The notes below the pieces were generated by a model. That model did not search any database. It was not told the DNA's origin and saw only the letters and a list, made by a program, of their open reading frames with translations. A DNA stretch of 45,655 nt from a virus, in IMG/VR virus record IMGVR_UViG_3300045988_062028, positions 1-45,655 of that record; one strand, given 5' to 3'. A program made the translations under genes and the position numbers. Every line of letters begins with the position of its first letter. Within the stretch, counting starts at the first letter, position 1. Of this stretch, positions 41,753-45,655 are shown piece after piece.

Positions 41753-42034
41753 TTAGTCCTTCCGGCGCTGCCACTCGTCCGGGCTCGGGTACTGCCGCCC
41801 GTCATCATAGGCGGCTTTCAGTAGCTGCATCACCTCGCCGATGTGCTCGGCGCTGTACTTGCTCCACCACTCGTCAGGGATGCGGTCGAGCAGTGCGCCG
41901 CACGTGCTGAGGTAATTGCGCCAGCCGCTGCATTCTTTGGCCTGCTCAACTTTGAGTTGCGCGCGGCGCTCCTCGGCGGTCAGGCACTCATACCCTTCGC
42001 GGGTGATGACATCTTTCATTCTAAGCTTCTTCAT
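41753..42034 (-). CDS. Cassette B hypothetical protein (93 aa)
   Basis: SD AGGAGGA; first gene after promoter copy B. Confidence 0.6.
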   Translation of the reverse strand: MKKLRMKDVITREGYECLTAEERRAQLKVEQAKECSGWRNYLSTCGALLDRIPDEWWSKYSAEHIGEVMQLLKAAYDDGRQYPSPDEWQRRKD

Positions 42035-42140
42035 GATTCTTCCTCCTGTCTCGGATTGTTCTCTTGTTCTTTACAGTCATATTATACATCATTTTAATTT
42101 ACTTGTCAAGCGTTTTGTGAATTATTTTTATTTATTTTTT
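42035..42140. repeat. Promoter/5'UTR module, copy B
   Basis: Matches 39841-39948; the identical 35-bp block is 42076-42110. Confidence 0.85.
42081..42109 (-). promoter_or_regulatory. Consensus sigma-70 promoter (copy B)
   Basis: Minus-strand TTGACA (42109-42104), 17-bp spacer, TATAAT (42086-42081). Confidence 0.75.
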
Positions 42141-42146
42141 CGCATC

Positions 42147-42174
42147 AAAAAAAGCCCCTGCCATCAGGCAGGGG
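42147..42174 (-). terminator. Rho-independent terminator ending the late/lysis operon
   Basis: CCCCTGCC-TGAT-GGCAGGGG followed by CTTTTTTT on the minus strand. Confidence 0.7.
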
Positions 42175-42391
42175 TGTTATCATCTGTATATATAGATGCA
42201 GACATCCGTCTTTTAATCTCACGAATGCTGCGGCTGACGGTTGCGGGCGACATACCCAGCGTCATGCCGATCTGCACGATGCTGTAACCGCGCCAGAGCA
42301 GGTCAAAGACCTGCCCCAGCCGGACATGCTCGTCAAAGCCGCAGCGGCGGGCGATTTCCTCTTTTGTGCGCCTGTCAAAATCAAGGCGCAC
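42164..42391 (-). CDS. Small HTH protein (LuxR/GerE or sigma region-4-like, 75 aa)
   Basis: ..YSIVQIGMTLGMSPATVSRSIREIKRRM..; GTG start 6 nt after GGGAGGTGG. Confidence 0.55.
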   Translation of the reverse strand: MRLDFDRRTKEEIARRCGFDEHVRLGQVFDLLWRGYSIVQIGMTLGMSPATVSRSIREIKRRMSASIYTDDNTPA

Positions 42392-42407
42392 AGAAAACCA
42401 CCTCCCT

Positions 42408-42737
42408 TTACATGCTGGCCTCCTCGACCACTACGGGCGCGGTGCTCTCCAACTTTGCAATCTCGGCGTTCACCAGCTCGACAAGCTCATCTGTATCTAA
42501 CTTATATCCGTGCGCGTCAAGCCGCTCCTTTACCCACGCCAGCTTTTCCTCACCGCGCCCGGAGCCGGTGTACAGCTTTTCGGCGGCGAAAACAAGGATA
42601 GACACGAGGTCGCGGATTTCGCGCTGCTGGTCAAGCGTCGTCTTGGCCTTGATCCACGGGACGACATACCGCGTAATCAGCGCGGCCACGAGGACGATCA
42701 GCGCCTGAAAGATGGGGGTCAGGTCGATACTAGACAT
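42408..42737 (-). CDS. Holin (LL-H family-like, 109 aa)
   Basis: N-terminal TM helix (IFQALIVLVAALITRYVVPWI), then a helical tail ..LVFAAEKLYTGSGRGEEKLAWV..; SD AAAGTGAGG. Confidence 0.5.
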   Translation of the reverse strand: MSSIDLTPIFQALIVLVAALITRYVVPWIKAKTTLDQQREIRDLVSILVFAAEKLYTGSGRGEEKLAWVKERLDAHGYKLDTDELVELVNAEIAKLESTAPVVVEEASM

Positions 42738-42776
42738 AAATAGCCTCACTTTCTGCCCGGTCTTTACCGGGCAACG

Positions 42777-43211
42777 TCATAAAAATTTACGCTCCTGCAA
42801 ACACTTGTGATAAGCGTTTTTGATGATTTCGACGGCCTCAACCGTCTTGTGGTTTTCAAACTCTGGGTGTGCTTTGCAATACGCCTCATATGATTTCACG
42901 TCGTCAAAGATTTGTTCAAAGTGTTCTTTGCTGTGTTTGACGCTGTTATAACACTCGTCGGAAAACCGCTGGATGCGGGCGCGTGAGATTTTAGCAAATT
43001 CAAGGTCATTTTTTGCCTCAATCCGCCCCATGCGCTCCTCCAATGAGCCAACGAGCGCCTTTCGCAAGCCGCGAAATATCCATGACAGCGGATGCACCTT
43101 GATCGGGGAAATCTCGATCAGGTTGAGCGTGATATACACCAGCACGAGCGTCAGTGTGCTGTGCGTCGTGACAGCCGCTTGCAAGCCGTCCAGCAGCTTT
43201 TGTAGAGTCAT
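42777..43211 (-). CDS. Membrane-associated lysis-module protein of unknown role (144 aa)
   Basis: One hydrophobic segment (TLTLVLVYITLNLIEI); lies between the endolysin and holin genes. Confidence 0.5.
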   Translation of the reverse strand: MTLQKLLDGLQAAVTTHSTLTLVLVYITLNLIEISPIKVHPLSWIFRGLRKALVGSLEERMGRIEAKNDLEFAKISRARIQRFSDECYNSVKHSKEHFEQIFDDVKSYEAYCKAHPEFENHKTVEAVEIIKNAYHKCLQERKFL

Positions 43212-43214
43212 CGG

Positions 43215-43979
43215 TCAATCCTCCGCAATCGTCCATTTTCCCGCCAGCGTGATATACACGCCGTCGTTCCTGCGCAGGGTCGTCGTGTTCGGCGCTTCGC
43301 CGCCCGTCTCGTCCTGATCTCCGCTTCCCGACGCATCCTCAACCAGATACTCGCTGGACATGTACCCGGCCTCGCCACTTTCCAGCGCACCGAAGACCCA
43401 GCCCGTGCCGCCTGCCTCGCGGATCACGTTCACCCGCGTCCCGTTCTCGGCCTTGGCGATGACCTTTGACCGCGTGCTTGCGCCCTCACGGATGTTGAGA
43501 TATCCGCTGGTCACGCTCACCGTTGCGTTGCCAAAAATCTTTTCCGCTTCGCTCACTTCCGTTTTTCCTCCCTCCGAATAGTCCACCTCAATCATCCGAT
43601 GCGCCCCAAGCCCGTTCCAGCCGTTCTTTTCCGTCAGCTCAGTTTCCACCACGCCTCCCCGGCTCTTGCTTGAGTGGATCACCGTGCCGCGCTCCGTCAC
43701 CAGCCCGGTGTGGTTCACGTCGCCCGTGCCCACGCCCATGAATGCCAGCATGCCCGCCTTCGCGCCGGAAATCCCCGTCTGCCGCCAGATCAAATGGCGA
43801 TACTTCGGCACGCTGTCAAAGCTGTTCCAAAGCTCGTTTGTGCCAGCCGTCGTGTAGCGCTTGTCGCCGCCCGGCGCTGTGCGGATGACCTTCTTGATGA
43901 AGTTGATGCAGTCCAGCTCGCTGTAAGGCGTTCCGATCAGCGCCCACGCCGTGCGGATGGCCTCGCTTGTTTTAATCAT
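43215..43979 (-). CDS. Endolysin: NlpC/P60 endopeptidase plus SH3b domain (254 aa)
   Basis: Catalytic Cys in ..YSELDCINF.. and His in ..VNHTGLV..; SH3b-like ..GYLNIREGASTRSKVIAKAENGTRVNVI.. Confidence 0.7.
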   Translation of the reverse strand: MIKTSEAIRTAWALIGTPYSELDCINFIKKVIRTAPGGDKRYTTAGTNELWNSFDSVPKYRHLIWRQTGISGAKAGMLAFMGVGTGDVNHTGLVTERGTVIHSSKSRGGVVETELTEKNGWNGLGAHRMIEVDYSEGGKTEVSEAEKIFGNATVSVTSGYLNIREGASTRSKVIAKAENGTRVNVIREAGGTGWVFGALESGEAGYMSSEYLVEDASGSGDQDETGGEAPNTTTLRRNDGVYITLAGKWTIAED

Positions 43980-44001
43980 TGGCTTTTCCTCCTTTCCGTT
44001 T

Positions 44002-44187
44002 TTATCCGAGCAAATGCCCTCGCAGCCGATGAAACTGTTTCAGCGTCCGTCTGCGGGCTAAAGCATACTTTCGGATGTTTTCTTCCGTCGGTTCGATGCC
44101 CCAGCTGTACAGGTAGTCAGTAATGTACTCGATGGCCCATTTCCGCGCCTGTTTTCTTTGCATTTCATATTCTTTTTTGCTTTTCAT
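44002..44187 (-). CDS. Small basic protein (61 aa)
   Basis: ATGA-coupled to the upstream 32-aa ORF; MKSKKEYEMQRKQARKW... Confidence 0.5.
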   Translation of the reverse strand: MKSKKEYEMQRKQARKWAIEYITDYLYSWGIEPTEENIRKYALARRRTLKQFHRLRGHLLG

Positions 44188-44282
44188 TCGTCCCACGCAC
44201 CTCCCGCGCGGATGAAGCGGCCAACCAGGCAGCCAGCCGCGAAGATGATTGCGCCGCCGACGATGATGCCAAGAATAATCAT
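44184..44282 (-). CDS. 32-aa single-TM peptide
   Basis: Strong SD AAGGAGG lies 7 nt before the ATG; MIILGIIVGGAIIFAAGCLVGRFIRAGGAWDE; absent from the track. Confidence 0.55.
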   Translation of the reverse strand: MIILGIIVGGAIIFAAGCLVGRFIRAGGAWDE

Positions 44283-44294
44283 GGTTTTGCCTCC

Positions 44295-44528
44295 TTAGAC
44301 GATTGAAAGGCCGTCATCAGCCTCTTCTTTCGCGCTTTCCGCGTCCAGCGCATCATAATACGCCTGCGCCAGCATCTCAATCTCCTCAATGTCTGCCTCA
44401 CTCAGCAGGCCATTGTCAAGATGGGTGTATGCCTTATCCAGCCAATAGGCCACATCTCGCCCGGCGGCGATCTCGCGCTTGATGGAGCGCAGGGTCAGGT
44501 CGTGCCGGGCTTTGCTTTTGATTGCCAT
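44295..44528 (-). CDS. Hypothetical protein (77 aa)
   Basis: SD AAAGGAGGA; lies between the fibre and lysis genes. Confidence 0.55.
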   Translation of the reverse strand: MAIKSKARHDLTLRSIKREIAAGRDVAYWLDKAYTHLDNGLLSEADIEEIEMLAQAYYDALDAESAKEEADDGLSIV

Positions 44529-44542
44529 ACGTTTTTCCTCCT

Positions 44543-45655
44543 TTAGGTTGTAGTCATAGACGCAATCGCGTCCTCAAGATTTTTGATCGCGATGTTCACG
44601 TCTCTTTGATAGTCCAGTTTCAACCCCGCGCCGTCGCTCGCTTGCACCACGATGTCGGGCGCGTAAGCGGTGAGGGCTTTGTAGGCGGCGATCTCGGCAG
44701 GGGTGAGCGGGGTTTCAACGGGGGTGGCAAGGATTGCGTTTTGTTCGGCAAGCGTTTTTGTGTTGTCAAAACAGGTTTTATCAACCCTCTGCACCTTCAC
44801 CCCTCTTTCCAAGTCCACCTCATCGCAAATCCATTGCTGACCCTGCGGGTCGGTATAGTTGCCGCCGGACGTGACAGGAATGCCAGGTAAGCCATTGGGT
44901 GTGGGTAGGGTGAGGAGCTGTTCGCGGTATGGGGAGTATGCGGTGGCAGTTGTGCCGAGTTCGAGCTGAATGTCTGTAACTTCGACTGTTCCAATTTCAT
45001 TCGGGTTTAGGTATATTCCGAGAGTGTTTGTATCCTGCTTGGGAATAAAGGTTTTTGCAACGAACTGTCTTATATCAGGTAAGTAAACGGACACCCTGAT
45101 ATCTGCCCCTTGCACTAATTTTTCTTTATAGCTGATGGTATATTGTGCGCCTTTCTTCAACTCTGCCGTAAAAAACGCTAAACGGCTGTTTCCACCCGTG
45201 GAATTTACGATTTTAACGCCACCTTCAATAACTTCAGAAGGTGATAGTACGCGGCGAACGCCTTGCAGCAAGTTCTTTCCCGTCACCTTCACCGCCACGC
45301 TCCCGCCGTCACCAGCGCTCACGATAGGCACAGGTGCATCCGGCGTGGGCGTGCCGTCCTGCGTGCTTTTGCCGTAGACAGTCAGCCCGCACAGCGGAGC
45401 GGAAAAAGCGTCAGAGACAGATACAGTATTGCCAGTTTCGCTGCCGATCAGGATATTCTGGCGCACTTTGTCGGCCTTCTCGGCAACAGCCTTCTCGATT
45501 TCCGCCAGCCGCTTACCCGTTGTGGCCGCGTCCGCCGCCTCCCCCTCCTGGGTCAGCGTCGCGTCGATGACAGCATCCTTGCCCGGTTCGCCTTTTGCGC
45601 CCGTGTCGCCCTTGTCTCCTTTTTCGCCCTTGGGTCCCTGCGGGCCAATCGGGCC
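44543..45655 (-). CDS. Tail fibre, C-terminal part (same gene as 1..635; 45537-45655 duplicates 1-119)
   Basis: The frame is continuous through the junction, checked codon by codon with no stop in 45467-45536. Whole gene is 1629 nt, about 542 aa; stop TAA at 44543. Confidence 0.8.
   Translation of the reverse strand, partial: GPIGPQGPKGEKGDKGDTGAKGEPGKDAVIDATLTQEGEAADAATTGKRLAEIEKAVAEKADKVRQNILIGSETGNTVSVSDAFSAPLCGLTVYGKSTQDGTPTPDAPVPIVSAGDGGSVAVKVTGKNLLQGVRRVLSPSEVIEGGVKIVNSTGGNSRLAFFTAELKKGAQYTISYKEKLVQGADIRVSVYLPDIRQFVAKTFIPKQDTNTLGIYLNPNEIGTVEVTDIQLELGTTATAYSPYREQLLTLPTPNGLPGIPVTSGGNYTDPQGQQWICDEVDLERGVKVQRVDKTCFDNTKTLAEQNAILATPVETPLTPAEIAAYKALTAYAPDIVVQASDGAGLKLDYQRDVNIAIKNLEDAIASMTTT
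45537..45655. repeat. Terminal direct repeat, copy 2
   Basis: Identical to 1-119. Confidence 0.9.

Larger units (their letters stand above)
1..45536. mobile_element. Complete temperate siphovirus-type phage genome (one circular unit)
   Basis: Lysogeny, replication, packaging, head, tail and lysis modules are all present; bases 1-119 are repeated at 45537-45655. Confidence 0.85.

Noticed and set aside
1-45655. Genome-wide TAG (or TGA) stop-codon reassignment, prompted by the in-frame TAG in the antirepressor
   Set aside because: TAG ends the integrase (35754-35756), the 14519 gene and the 39988 gene at sensible positions followed by terminators. All large structural and replication genes are uninterrupted under the standard code. 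Only one in-frame TAG was found.

Overview
The window is one complete, circularly permuted unit of a temperate siphovirus-type dsDNA phage or prophage. The unit is 45,536 bp, because bases 1-119 recur exactly at 45537-45655. The host looks Firmicutes-like: strong AGGAGG-type ribosome-binding sites and many ATGA/TGATG-coupled genes. I call about 85 genes, almost all on the minus strand. Read in the direction of transcription the modules are: (1) lysogeny switch at 32.0 kb; (2) early and recombination genes (Gp157/Gam-like, ERF, HNH); (3) replication (iteron region, DnaD-like organiser, DnaB helicase); (4) a Bro-N/KilAC antirepressor broken by a single in-frame TAG, then VRR-NUC, SSB, Dam, MazG-like, Dcm and ASCH; (5) a late regulator; (6) TerS, TerL, portal, MuF, scaffold and capsid; (7) connectors, tail tube, G/G-T chaperone with a -1 frameshift, tape measure, Dit, Tal, a BppU-like protein and a collagen-like fibre whose gene crosses the window junction; (8) lysis (NlpC/P60-SH3 endolysin, LL-H-type holin); (9) a 6.3-kb accessory region (42.4 to 36.0 kb); (10) attP. 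A short plus-strand block carries the CI-like repressor, two envelope-targeted moron proteins and a tyrosine integrase next to an attP that contains a tRNA 3' end. The signals most worth a second look are: two plus-strand mini-RNA genes with near-consensus promoters and intrinsic terminators embedded among minus-strand genes, one of them antisense to the leader of a 52-codon hydrophobic peptide gene (type I TA-like); a duplicated consensus promoter/5'UTR module driving orphan cassettes; two different iteron arrays at the replication module, one of them exactly 10-bp phased inside the DnaD-like gene; a tRNA-like T-arm/acceptor/CCA element in the ori gap; and a double-glycine-leader-like protein next to a Cys/His peptidase-like protein. 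All family assignments come from motifs I recognise by eye. No database search was possible, so they need HMM or structure confirmation.
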